Part shown: positions 53,013-62,189 of the stretch, piece after piece
Numbering within the stretch: position 1 is the first letter of the stretch
Layout: each line of letters begins with the position of its first letter
DNA from: Thermodesulfobacteriota bacterium
GTDB taxonomy: Bacteria; Desulfobacterota_D; UBA1144
DNA length: 64,000 nucleotides
Reading direction: 5' to 3'
Assembly (NCBI GenBank): GCA_036340075.1
Contig: JAYYZJ010000005.1
Coordinates: 1 to 64,000 of the forward strand
Notes under the pieces: model-generated
What the model was told of the DNA's origin: nothing
Databases searched by the model: none
Seen by the model: only the letters and a program-made list of their open reading frames with translations
Translations under genes and position numbers: made by a program

Positions 53013-54527
53013 ATGAAAAGCACTGTTTATTTGGTAGGAGCTGGTCCTGGTGATTCTGGGCTAATAACAGTAAAAGGAAAAGAATTAATTTCTAAAGCTG
53101 ATGCAATCGTTTATGACTACCTGGCAAACAATGCTCTTATTAAGGAAACTAAAAAAGATTGCAAAATAATCTATGCAGGAAAAGGTCTAGGTTTTAAAGC
53201 AATGTCTCAAAATCAAATAAACAAAAAGCTGATAAATTTAGCTAAAAGTGGCCTAAAAACAATAGTTAGACTGAAAGGTGGAGATCCATTTTTATTTGGT
53301 AGAGGTGGAGAAGAAGCAGAAGACCTTAAAAAGAATAAAATTAATTTTGAAATAATTCCTGGTGTTACTTCTGCAATCGCAGTACCTGCATACGCAGGAA
53401 TTCCAGTAACTCATAGAAATATAACAAGTACTTTAGCAATCGTTACAGGTCATGAAGATCCAGAAAAAAATAAAACATCTATTGCATGGGATGGTTTAGC
53501 AAAAATGAAATCTATAGTATTTTTGATGGGAACTAAAAATTTAAAAAAGAACTTAAGAAATTTGATAGATAATGGTATGTCAAGAAATACAAAGATAGCC
53601 GCTATTAATTGGGGGACTTATTCTAAACAAAAAACAGTTGTAGGAACATTTGAAGACATACATGAAAAAATTAGGTCTAATAAAATCACATCCCCATCAA
53701 TAATTGTAATAGGTGAAATTTGTAAGCTAAGAAGAACATTAAACTGGTTTGAGAAAAAACCACTTTTTGGAAAAAATATAGTTGTAACAAGAGCTAGAAA
53801 AAATGCTAGTGTCTTGTCTCAAGAAATAATCAACCTTGGAGGAAATGCAATTGAAATTCCAACAATTGAAATTAAGTCTAAGCCATCTAGAACTATTCAG
53901 AATAATATAAAAGACATGAAAAACTATGATTGGCTTATTTTTACAAGTGTAAATGGAGTGGAAATATTTTTCGATGAGTTTATTAAAAAGTTTAAAGACA
54001 TAAGGAAACTTGGTGATGTCAAAATAGCCGCCATTGGTTCAGAAACAAGTAGAGCAATTAAAAACCTAAAAATTAATGTAGACCTTGTACCCAAACTTTT
54101 TACAGCCGAAGGCTTAATCGGAACTTTCAAAAAGAGAAAAATTAAAAATACTAGAATACTTGTCCCAAGAGCTGAGCTAGCAAGGGATACTTTAATTAAA
54201 GAGTTGAGAATTAGTGGAAATATAGTAAAAGAACTAAAAATCTATGATACTGTTTTACCTTCAAAAGAAAATAAAAAAGTAATCCAGAATAGAATTTATA
54301 AAAATAAGATTGATTATATAACTTTTACAAGTTCTTCTACTGTTGACAATTTTTTTAAATATATAAGCCCTTCACAAATAAAGAAACAAAAAAATATAGC
54401 ATATGTATGTATAGGCCCTATAACAGCGAAGACACTAAAAAAATACAAAATTAAGCCAAGTTTAATTTGTAAAAAATACACTATAGATAATCTACTGAAA
54501 GAAATTGTGAAGTTTGCTAAGAAATGA
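53013..54527 (+). CDS. cobA: Fused uroporphyrinogen-III C-methyltransferase / uroporphyrinogen-III synthase (CobA-HemD)
   Basis: N-half: VGAGPGD and RLKGGDPFLFGRGGEE. C-half: VVTRA, FTSVNGV, FTSSSTV and IGPITA. Confidence 0.95.
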   Translation: MKSTVYLVGAGPGDSGLITVKGKELISKADAIVYDYLANNALIKETKKDCKIIYAGKGLGFKAMSQNQINKKLINLAKSGLKTIVRLKGGDPFLFGRGGEEAEDLKKNKINFEIIPGVTSAIAVPAYAGIPVTHRNITSTLAIVTGHEDPEKNKTSIAWDGLAKMKSIVFLMGTKNLKKNLRNLIDNGMSRNTKIAAINWGTYSKQKTVVGTFEDIHEKIRSNKITSPSIIVIGEICKLRRTLNWFEKKPLFGKNIVVTRARKNASVLSQEIINLGGNAIEIPTIEIKSKPSRTIQNNIKDMKNYDWLIFTSVNGVEIFFDEFIKKFKDIRKLGDVKIAAIGSETSRAIKNLKINVDLVPKLFTAEGLIGTFKKRKIKNTRILVPRAELARDTLIKELRISGNIVKELKIYDTVLPSKENKKVIQNRIYKNKIDYITFTSSSTVDNFFKYISPSQIKKQKNIAYVCIGPITAKTLKKYKIKPSLICKKYTIDNLLKEIVKFAKK

Positions 54528-55237
54528 ATAGATTTTTTGTTGATGAAAAGATAAATAGAGATCAAGAATTGAAAATAGAAGGTGATAATTTTCATCACTG
54601 TATAACGGTTCTTAAACATAAAATTGGAGACAATATCGTAATCTTTGATAATACTGAGAGTGAATACCATTGCAAAATAATCGGAATAAAAAAACACCAT
54701 TTTTTAGTTGAGATTCAATATTTAATGCCAAAGAAAGAAGCTGGACCTAGAATTCAGGTATATCAGTGCATGCCCAAAGGAAAAACAATAGAAGATATTA
54801 TCGAGAAATCTGTTGAACTTGGTGTTTCAATCTTAATACCTGTTGTATCTGAAAGAACGATTAAAAAATCTAAAGAGGTCAAAGAAAGATGGCTAGATAT
54901 TATAGAGAGTGCCACGAAGCAATGCGGAAGAAATGATTTCATGAAAATCTCTGAACCGATATCATTTTTTGAAATATTTGGGATTGATGACTCAGATTTA
55001 AAGATAATCTTTTATGAAAATAGCGAAAACAGAATGCATAATTGTAATTTTCGAGCTAAAGATGTTAATACAATATCAATTATTATAGGGCCAGAAGGTG
55101 GGTTTAGCCAAAAAGAAGTTGCTTTAGCAAAAGAAAATGATTTTGAAGATATCTCTCTAGGAAACACTGTATTAAAATCGACAACTGCATTAATTTTAGG
55201 TGTCGGTCTAATAAAAATGGTTGTTAATAATAATTAA
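54524..55237 (+). CDS. rsmE: 16S rRNA m3U1498 methyltransferase
   Basis: HCITVL, EKSVELGV, ATKQCGR, IGPEGGFS and SLG..VL. Confidence 0.93.
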   Translation: MNRFFVDEKINRDQELKIEGDNFHHCITVLKHKIGDNIVIFDNTESEYHCKIIGIKKHHFLVEIQYLMPKKEAGPRIQVYQCMPKGKTIEDIIEKSVELGVSILIPVVSERTIKKSKEVKERWLDIIESATKQCGRNDFMKISEPISFFEIFGIDDSDLKIIFYENSENRMHNCNFRAKDVNTISIIIGPEGGFSQKEVALAKENDFEDISLGNTVLKSTTALILGVGLIKMVVNNN

Positions 55238-55572
55238 ACTTTTAGAAAGAAAATTTTAACTAATCCCATAGCTAAAGCAGTAATACCGCAACAACAAATC
55301 ATAGTAATTACAAATGAATATCCATTTTTAAGCATGTAAGGTAGAAGTAAGAACATAGGTACTGTAGCTAAACCAAAATATAAAATCTCAAGACTTAAAC
55401 TTGCAATTCTTTCAGTATCTTTAGTCTCATAATAAATCCATGAAAAAGTAATTAAGGATACTAAAGGAAGAGCTATTATGAGAGCAGCTAACACAGTACT
55501 TCTTTTTGAAACTTCAGAAGCTAAAACTATAATCGCTGCAGATATAAGTAACTTGATAATATACTGAGTCAT
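55234..55572 (-). CDS. Small membrane protein (DUF3147-like)
   Basis: IIKLLISA.II...SE..KRS...AALI.ALPL.S pattern with four TM helices. Confidence 0.65.
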   Translation of the reverse strand: MTQYIIKLLISAAIIVLASEVSKRSTVLAALIIALPLVSLITFSWIYYETKDTERIASLSLEILYFGLATVPMFLLLPYMLKNGYSFVITMICCCGITALAMGLVKIFFLKV

Positions 55573-55573
55573 A

Positions 55574-56842
55574 CTAATTCCTTTTTTTAATTATACTAAA
55601 CCCTAGACCAATTATGATAAATAATAAAAAAATTCCAGCAACGACAGTTTTTGTACTAAAAATTGAGTCATACTTTTTAAATTCTAAGATAATTGAATCA
55701 CCATTTTTAATATTTACTATAGAATAAGTAGTATATTCTTCATCAACAAACTCTTTAATATTGGTATCTTTCTTTGTGTATTCTAAATTTTTGATATCAA
55801 ATGATAATTTATTTTCTGGAATAATAATTGTTAAATTCGGTATATTGTTTAAAAAGACCTTAGAGATTGAAGTAGAAAATAAATTTAATTTTAATGTATA
55901 TGTTAGAACTAATCTTCTAACTCCTGGTGGCATAGGAAGAGTATCTGTTATTTTATTATCAGACACTATAAATGTGTCAGGATTTCTATGAGGAAAGCTT
56001 AGGTTTTGAGTTTTAGAGAATAGAGAATAGTCATTTATTAATCTTACTTTTTCACTAAAAATATTCTCTCCAACAAAAATATTTCTTGAAGAATTATTAA
56101 CATTAATTATTTCTGCGACGACTAGTGATTTCGAACTTTCATCATAAGTAATTATAAAATGTGCTGATTCTACTTTTATATTGTCTTTATTCTGTGTTGT
56201 GTCGAATACAGTTAAATCAATTTTCTTTTCTTTTTCTTTTGGCAAGAAATAAAATTTATCTGTAGAGTATTCAATACCATTGTGCATAAGTATGATTTTA
56301 TAGGCCGAATTTCCCTTTAGATTATCAAAAGAAAAATTGCCATTTTTAATTAATTTCTTCTTTGAAAATAAAACTTTATCGGCTAATAAAGATCTAAGCT
56401 CAATTTCTTTATTATTAAGAAATTTATCTGTAGTAAAATTATTTACCTTACCAGCAATCTTTCCCTTAGTATTTTTTCTAATCCCTTTCTTATTATTTCT
56501 TATATAATTAATAATAGATTTAGCTTCTATTGAATTTACTTGCATGTTAGGCATTGGTGGATAGCCAATATTAATAGGCATTTTTGAATACTTCTTATAA
56601 ATAGATTCTGGATTAGTAATCCACGTAATTAAATCTTCTTCTGAATATTTGTCTAATGCATCATATAAATCTGGTCCAGCAAATTTACCTCTACCAATTG
56701 TATGACAAGTAATACATCTTTTTTCAATAAAAAGATTTGACCCTGGCTTCTCTTCACTTAAAGATGCTTTGCTAACGAATATAACAAATAATACGAAAAT
56801 AAAATGAAGTAAAAGTTTTAATTTTAGATTAATTTTATTCAT
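55574..56842 (-). CDS. Membrane-anchored monoheme cytochrome c with a large C-terminal beta-rich domain
   Basis: N-terminal hydrophobic or signal segment, CITCH, GPDL, likely distal methionine in PPMPNM, and a C-terminal TM. Confidence 0.82.
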   Translation of the reverse strand: MNKINLKLKLLLHFIFVLFVIFVSKASLSEEKPGSNLFIEKRCITCHTIGRGKFAGPDLYDALDKYSEEDLITWITNPESIYKKYSKMPINIGYPPMPNMQVNSIEAKSIINYIRNNKKGIRKNTKGKIAGKVNNFTTDKFLNNKEIELRSLLADKVLFSKKKLIKNGNFSFDNLKGNSAYKIILMHNGIEYSTDKFYFLPKEKEKKIDLTVFDTTQNKDNIKVESAHFIITYDESSKSLVVAEIINVNNSSRNIFVGENIFSEKVRLINDYSLFSKTQNLSFPHRNPDTFIVSDNKITDTLPMPPGVRRLVLTYTLKLNLFSTSISKVFLNNIPNLTIIIPENKLSFDIKNLEYTKKDTNIKEFVDEEYTTYSIVNIKNGDSIILEFKKYDSIFSTKTVVAGIFLLFIIIGLGFSIIKKRN

Positions 56843-56948
56843 CCCAATTAGTTTTCTTTATCTTATTTTCATTGTCCATAAAAATTGGGGAAAGCACATA
56901 AGACAAAACAACAATGGTAATCAAAGACGAAATTATAAGACTACTCAT
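56835..56948 (-). CDS. Small single-TM protein (37 aa), absent from the ORF track
   Basis: Hand translation gives MSSLIISSLITIVVLSYVLSPIFMDNENKIKKTNWDE. It overlaps both neighbours by 8 nt. Confidence 0.65.
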   Translation of the reverse strand: MSSLIISSLITIVVLSYVLSPIFMDNENKIKKTNWDE

Positions 56949-58866
56949 AATTGTTTCTTCTCCTAATCATAAGTACTGCTCCACCTATTATTGATACCAT
57001 ACTCCCAATCCATAAGAATGATACTAAAGGATTAATATAGACTTTGAAGTTAAAATTTCCTTTTAAATTTTGATCAATAAGAATTAAATAATAGTCTCTA
57101 GTTAAAGTAGAGTATATGGCAACCTCAGTCTCTTTGTTAATCTCCCTATTACCTTCATATTTGTAATTATTTTGTTCAGGGTTAAGAAGGTATTTGTCAT
57201 CACCATCATACAAAGCTAATCTAGCTCCTAATATTTTCTTTGCCTCATTTTCCTTTTCGTATACATCCGTAAGTTCTATCTTGTAATTACCTACGATTGC
57301 AGTTTCTCCTTTTTTTAAACTTATATCGTATCTTGATGCAAAAACAGAGGAGTAATTAATTCCTAATACAATCAGTACGATTCCTAAATGGACTACAAAT
57401 GCGCAGTATCTTCTGGCTTTAAATTTAATTACTTCTTTTGACTTATTTTTATATTGAAATCTAAAATCTATAATTAGTTCTTTAAGCATTACGGAGATAA
57501 CCAAGAGAGATAAAAAAAGAATCATACTTGTTTTGTAGTCATATGTTAAAACAAAAGATATGAGACTGAAAATTGTAGAGATTATCAATGGAGCAAGCAA
57601 GTATTTAAATAAAATATCTGGACTTCCTTTCTTCCAAGGGACTATGGGTGCTATAGACATTAATAACATTAGCAATAAAATATTTGGGAAATTAACTAAA
57701 TTATAAAAGCTTGGTCCAACCAATATTCTTTCTCCTGTTATAAATTCAGATAATATTGGAAAAGTTGTTCCTAATAAGACTGTAAGAGTTATAACTAAAA
57801 AAAATATATTGTTAAAAATAAAAAAATTCTCTTTTGATATAAGTGAATTTATTTCTTCGTCTGATTCAATATGGCTTCTATTTTTATAATATGACCAAAA
57901 AGAAATTATCAAAATAAGCAATATAAATGCTATGAAATAGTTTGCTATTCCTGATTGCGCAAACGAATGTACAGATGAAATTAAACCACTTCTAGTTATA
58001 AAAGTTCCAAAAATTGAAAGAAAGAACGCTAGGAAGATTAAAAAAACATTCCATTTTCTTAATAAACTTCTTGATTCCTGTGCCATTGAGGAGTGCAAAA
58101 AAGCAGTTAAAACTAGCCATGGCATCAGGGCTACATTCTCTACCGGATCCCAGGCCCAATATCCACCCCAACCTAATTCTAAATACGCCCATCTTGATCC
58201 TAAAAGAAGACCTGCTGATAAAAAAACCCAACTAAAATAAGTCCAGCGTTTAGAAATTTTAATCCATTTATCAGAATTATCTTTAGCTAGGATTGAGGCA
58301 ATAGAAAATGCGAAAGGTACTGTAAGAGCGATATATCCAACATATAGAGTTACTGGATGAATCGCCATATAGATATTTTGTAAAATCGGATTCAATCCTC
58401 TACCATTTGCTTCTGGTGACATTAATGTTTCAAAGGGGCTCTCAATAAAAACTATAAGAAGGATAAAGAATACGAGCACGAATAGAATTGATGCTTGAGT
58501 TATAGGGATTAATTTGTCTCTCGACTTTGTTATGGAGACAATAAATAAATAAATTGACATAATCCATGACCAAAGAAGAAGTGATCCTTCTTGGCCTGCC
58601 CATAAAGCAGCTACAGAATACATCATAGACAAATCATTACTTACATTTTTAGCAACATATGCATTTGTATAATCTTTGGTGATTAACAAATAAATTAAGA
58701 TTCCTATTGTAATTGTTAATAGGACTAAGACAGAATTAATACAGCGAGTTCCTATAAATACAAATCTATTCTCTTTTCTTAATATTCCCAAGCAAAGAAA
58801 AGAGAATCCTAAGGAAGCAACTAAAAATGAAAGAAAAAGAGATGCCTCTCCAACACTATTGAACAA
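56941..58866 (-). CDS. ccmF: Cytochrome c heme lyase CcmF
   Basis: WAGQEGSLLLW, GLNPILQ, IHP, LGWGGYWAWDPVEN and TRSGLISSVHSF. Confidence 0.97.
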   Translation of the reverse strand: MFNSVGEASLFLSFLVASLGFSFLCLGILRKENRFVFIGTRCINSVLVLLTITIGILIYLLITKDYTNAYVAKNVSNDLSMMYSVAALWAGQEGSLLLWSWIMSIYLFIVSITKSRDKLIPITQASILFVLVFFILLIVFIESPFETLMSPEANGRGLNPILQNIYMAIHPVTLYVGYIALTVPFAFSIASILAKDNSDKWIKISKRWTYFSWVFLSAGLLLGSRWAYLELGWGGYWAWDPVENVALMPWLVLTAFLHSSMAQESRSLLRKWNVFLIFLAFFLSIFGTFITRSGLISSVHSFAQSGIANYFIAFILLILIISFWSYYKNRSHIESDEEINSLISKENFFIFNNIFFLVITLTVLLGTTFPILSEFITGERILVGPSFYNLVNFPNILLLMLLMSIAPIVPWKKGSPDILFKYLLAPLIISTIFSLISFVLTYDYKTSMILFLSLLVISVMLKELIIDFRFQYKNKSKEVIKFKARRYCAFVVHLGIVLIVLGINYSSVFASRYDISLKKGETAIVGNYKIELTDVYEKENEAKKILGARLALYDGDDKYLLNPEQNNYKYEGNREINKETEVAIYSTLTRDYYLILIDQNLKGNFNFKVYINPLVSFLWIGSMVSIIGGAVLMIRRRNNYE

Positions 58867-59269
58867 TGGTCGACCTATTATCCACTAATTTTTCCTCCTC
58901 ATATTTTGTTGGACATTTAGCAAACAACTTGTTAGCAAAAAAAGTATCTTTATCCATAGAGCCTTCAACTACCGCCTCTATGTTGTCTTTGAAAATATCA
59001 GGTATCACTCCTTTATATTCTACATAAATCATGGAATTTTGGTCTTTAATTTTAAATGAAATTGAACCATCTTCGTTTGTTTTTATTGAACCCTCTTGAA
59101 CAATGCCTGAAACTCTTAATCTCTTTATCTTACTAAAAGATTTAGCTTCAACTGCCTCAGATACTGTAAGGTAGTAAACCAATGAAGACTCTATCGCCTT
59201 ATAAATAAGAAACGAGAAGAAAAGGATTAGGAATATTGAGAGTATCTTTATCTTGTTTTTTGGCGACAT
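58856..59269 (-). CDS. ccmE: Heme chaperone CcmE, CxxxY variant
   Basis: YYLTVSE, Y.GVIPD.F and FAKCPTKY. Confidence 0.95.
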   Translation of the reverse strand: MSPKNKIKILSIFLILFFSFLIYKAIESSLVYYLTVSEAVEAKSFSKIKRLRVSGIVQEGSIKTNEDGSISFKIKDQNSMIYVEYKGVIPDIFKDNIEAVVEGSMDKDTFFANKLFAKCPTKYEEEKLVDNRSTIVQ

Positions 59270-59271
59270 TA

Positions 59272-59379
59272 TTAACGCTTCCTGTTAATTTTATTATTAA
59301 TATAGAAAAGATATCCAAAAAGAATTAGCCAACAAACGACTTGAGAGTAAAAAAGATATTCTAAAGAATCTATAACCAT
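59272..59379 (-). CDS. ccmD: CcmD-like small membrane protein (35 aa), absent from the ORF track
   Basis: Hand translation gives MVIDSLEYLFYSQVVCWLILFGYLFYINNKINRKR: one TM and a basic tail, between ccmC and ccmE. Confidence 0.8.
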   Translation of the reverse strand: MVIDSLEYLFYSQVVCWLILFGYLFYINNKINRKR

Positions 59380-59402
59380 GTCAGTATTTTAACTTCGAAT
59401 CA

Positions 59403-60032
59403 CTATTTATCTAGTTTTAATCTTAGGTCGAAAATGGAAAGATACAAGAAAAAGAAACCAGCTAATGTAACAAGCAATGTGTCCATCATTTCTGGCGAAA
59501 TTCCTCCTCCCTCTCCACCAAAGACAACAGGAGAAATTCCTCTCATTACTCGAACTGAAATATAAACTATTGGCAAATCTATAAAACTTATTATTGCAAA
59601 AACTGCTGCATATCTAGGCACTCCTGCGCTAGTAGAAAGCTTATGAAATACAAGATAAGAAGAATACAAAAGCAATAGAATAAAAGTAGTAGTTAATTGA
59701 GGATCCCAAGTCCACCATGTCCCCCAAATTGGTTTCGCCCAAAACATTCCTGAAATTATTGTTAAAAGAGTGAAAACTACTCCTATTTCTCCATTTACAT
59801 ATGCATACACAGAATTGATTTTTTTGTTATCAACAAGAAACTTAATTGAAAAAAACAAATTCATTATAAAAGCGATTGTGAAAACTAGTACATATGCCAT
59901 ATGAAAATAAAATATTCTTTGTACGTCTCCCATAACGATTTCTCGTGGTGCATATATAAAAATCATATAAAGACTTATTGATATTAAAATTAGAGAGATT
60001 GTTGGCGAGAATTTGAATAATATTTTAAGCAT
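59403..60032 (-). CDS. ccmC: Heme exporter CcmC
   Basis: QRIFYFH and the WWD domain WAKPIWGTWWTWDP. Confidence 0.95.
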   Translation of the reverse strand: MLKILFKFSPTISLILISISLYMIFIYAPREIVMGDVQRIFYFHMAYVLVFTIAFIMNLFFSIKFLVDNKKINSVYAYVNGEIGVVFTLLTIISGMFWAKPIWGTWWTWDPQLTTTFILLLLYSSYLVFHKLSTSAGVPRYAAVFAIISFIDLPIVYISVRVMRGISPVVFGGEGGGISPEMMDTLLVTLAGFFFLYLSIFDLRLKLDK

Positions 60033-60035
60033 AAA

Positions 60036-60701
60036 TCACCTTCTTAAAGAATAACTAAAGAGTATTGGACACACAGCCAAGAGAAGTATATCGAATGCTA
60101 TAAGTACTTGCAAAGAAAATGTATTAACAAAATTAATTAAATCTAGAATATTTATTTCAGACAAGCAATTATAGGACAGTACCAAAAAGGGAATAATTAA
60201 AGGATAAATCATAATCAACATAAACTGTCCTTCGGATCTAATCCGCTCCAACATTAAAGAAAAAGTAGTGAGTATTATCGAGAGTCCCAATGAAAATGAA
60301 ATAGAAAAAATAATAAAACTAATTACATTGTTAAAGAAAAAGTCTCCCAATAAAAATATAAACATTACAAGAGCCACAATTAGTATTAAAAAATTAAGTA
60401 AAAATGTAAATAATATTTTTGATAAACATAGTACAGATAAATCGAAAGGTATATTGATAAGAATTAGCTCACCCTGCGAAGTAACTTCTTGTCTCGATAT
60501 CCTTTGATTTGTTATTAAGTTAATAATTAATATAGTAAGAAAAAACAAATGAACAGGGTTTTGTTCACCAATAAAAACAAAAAACATAAGTGATACAGCA
60601 GGAGCTAAAATTAAAAAATAAATTATATTTAATTTCTCTCTAAACTCTGACACTAAATCTTTCCATAGAATTAAGTTAACAATTGATAAATATTTTCTCA
60701 T
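60036..60701 (-). CDS. ccmB: Heme exporter CcmB
   Basis: WKDLVSE and YPLIIP in a highly hydrophobic protein between ccmA and ccmC. Confidence 0.85.
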   Translation of the reverse strand: MRKYLSIVNLILWKDLVSEFREKLNIIYFLILAPAVSLMFFVFIGEQNPVHLFFLTILIINLITNQRISRQEVTSQGELILINIPFDLSVLCLSKILFTFLLNFLILIVALVMFIFLLGDFFFNNVISFIIFSISFSLGLSIILTTFSLMLERIRSEGQFMLIMIYPLIIPFLVLSYNCLSEINILDLINFVNTFSLQVLIAFDILLLAVCPILFSYSLRR

Positions 60702-60706
60702 TAGAC

Positions 60707-61324
60707 TTACAATTCAAAAAAAGAATCAGGATTCAATCTTTCTACAAAAAAAGAATTATCTGAAACTAGCAGTGTCCCTCCGTTAGAAATATATTCGTTA
60801 ATTATCTGATTTAGATTTTCTACTGATTTAGTATCCAAAAAGCTATAAGGCTCATCAAGCAATAAGATTTCGGGTTGAATTAAAAAAGATATTAGCAAAG
60901 ATACTCTCTTTTTTATTCCATCTGACAACTCATCTACTCTTTTGTTGATAAAGTCATTAACTTGAAAGTCTTTTATTAACTTATTCCTAAAATTATAATC
61001 TTTTGATTTAAAAATACTCGAAAAGAATTTTATGTTTTCAAAAGCCGTTAATCCTTGATAAAGTGCCGAAGAACTTGGTAAATAAAATATTTGATTATGT
61101 ATTTCGTTTCCTATATTTCTTATATTGTTATTTTCGTAAAAAATATCTCCTTCGTAATCTTCAATTTGAGAAGCAACTATCTTCATCAATGTAGACTTCC
61201 CTGAACCATTAACACCTTTAATCCAAAAAATAGAATTTCTATTTACATTTAAGCTAATTGACTCAAAGACTAGATTTTCGTTATAGCTTTTCTTTAATCC
61301 TTTTATCTGTATTATGTTATCCAC
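60707..61324 (-). CDS. ccmA: Heme exporter ATPase CcmA
   Basis: [16 protein letters not shown] and LLLDEP. First gene of the ccm operon. GTG start. Confidence 0.88.
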   Translation of the reverse strand: MDNIIQIKGLKKSYNENLVFESISLNVNRNSIFWIKGVNGSGKSTLMKIVASQIEDYEGDIFYENNNIRNIGNEIHNQIFYLPSSSALYQGLTAFENIKFFSSIFKSKDYNFRNKLIKDFQVNDFINKRVDELSDGIKKRVSLLISFLIQPEILLLDEPYSFLDTKSVENLNQIINEYISNGGTLLVSDNSFFVERLNPDSFFEL

Positions 61325-61370
61325 GATATATAACTTTACTTAATTAGGGCAATAAATTAAAATTTCAAAG

Positions 61371-61751
61371 ATGAAGTTCTTACACACAATGATAAGAGTT
61401 GGAGATCTTGATAAATCAATTGACTTCTATACTAATATAATCGGTCTAAAATTAGTAAGAAAAACTGAATATCCTCATGGTGATTTTACTTTAGCTTTTC
61501 TTGCTATTAATGAAAATGATCCAGAACCTTTTTTAGAATTAACCTATAATTGGGGGATTGAAAATTACGACTTAGGCAAAGGTTTTGGGCACATAGCTAT
61601 AGGTGTCGATGATATTTATTCTATTTGTGAAATTATTAAAAACAAAGGGGGGAAGATAACTCGAGAGCCAGGTCCAATGAAAGGAAGTAAATCAATACTT
61701 GCTTTTGTTGAAGATCCAGATGGTTATAAAATTGAGTTATTGCAAAGATGA
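61371..61751 (+). CDS. gloA: Lactoylglutathione lyase (glyoxalase I, short E. coli-like type)
   Basis: LHTMIRVGDL, LELTYNWG, GFGHIAIGV and DPDGYKIEL. Confidence 0.96.
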   Translation: MKFLHTMIRVGDLDKSIDFYTNIIGLKLVRKTEYPHGDFTLAFLAINENDPEPFLELTYNWGIENYDLGKGFGHIAIGVDDIYSICEIIKNKGGKITREPGPMKGSKSILAFVEDPDGYKIELLQR

Positions 61752-61752
61752 A

Positions 61753-62157
61753 ATGATATCCGTAACAAGAAAGGCGAATTTTAATGCTGCGCATAGACTA
61801 CATAATCCTAATTGGTCAGATAAAAAAAATGCCGAATTCTATGGATTATGCAACAATGAAAACTATCATGGACACAATTACGAATTAGAAGTAACAGTTA
61901 CAGGAGAAATTGACAGCGAATCTGGATATTTAATTGATTTAAAATATCTTGGCAATGTAATAGAACAAGAAATAGAGTTGAAATTTGATCATAAAAATTT
62001 AAATCTTGATACTACAGAATTCGAGAATTTAATACCCACTGCAGAAAATATAGCTATAGTCATTTGGAAAATTCTTAGAAATAAAATAAAAAAGGAGCTC
62101 GAAATAAAGGTTCGTCTTCATGAAACACCAAGAAACTATGTGGAATACTCTGGTTAG
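61753..62157 (+). CDS. 6-pyruvoyl-tetrahydropterin synthase family protein (PTPS/QueD fold, CX5HGH type)
   Basis: FNAAHRL, CNNENYHGHNY, FDHKNLN, TAENIA and ETP. Start moved to the ATG at 61753. Confidence 0.9.
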   Translation: MISVTRKANFNAAHRLHNPNWSDKKNAEFYGLCNNENYHGHNYELEVTVTGEIDSESGYLIDLKYLGNVIEQEIELKFDHKNLNLDTTEFENLIPTAENIAIVIWKILRNKIKKELEIKVRLHETPRNYVEYSG

Positions 62158-62189
62158 AACTTATAGTAATTTAGTTTATATTTATTGTT

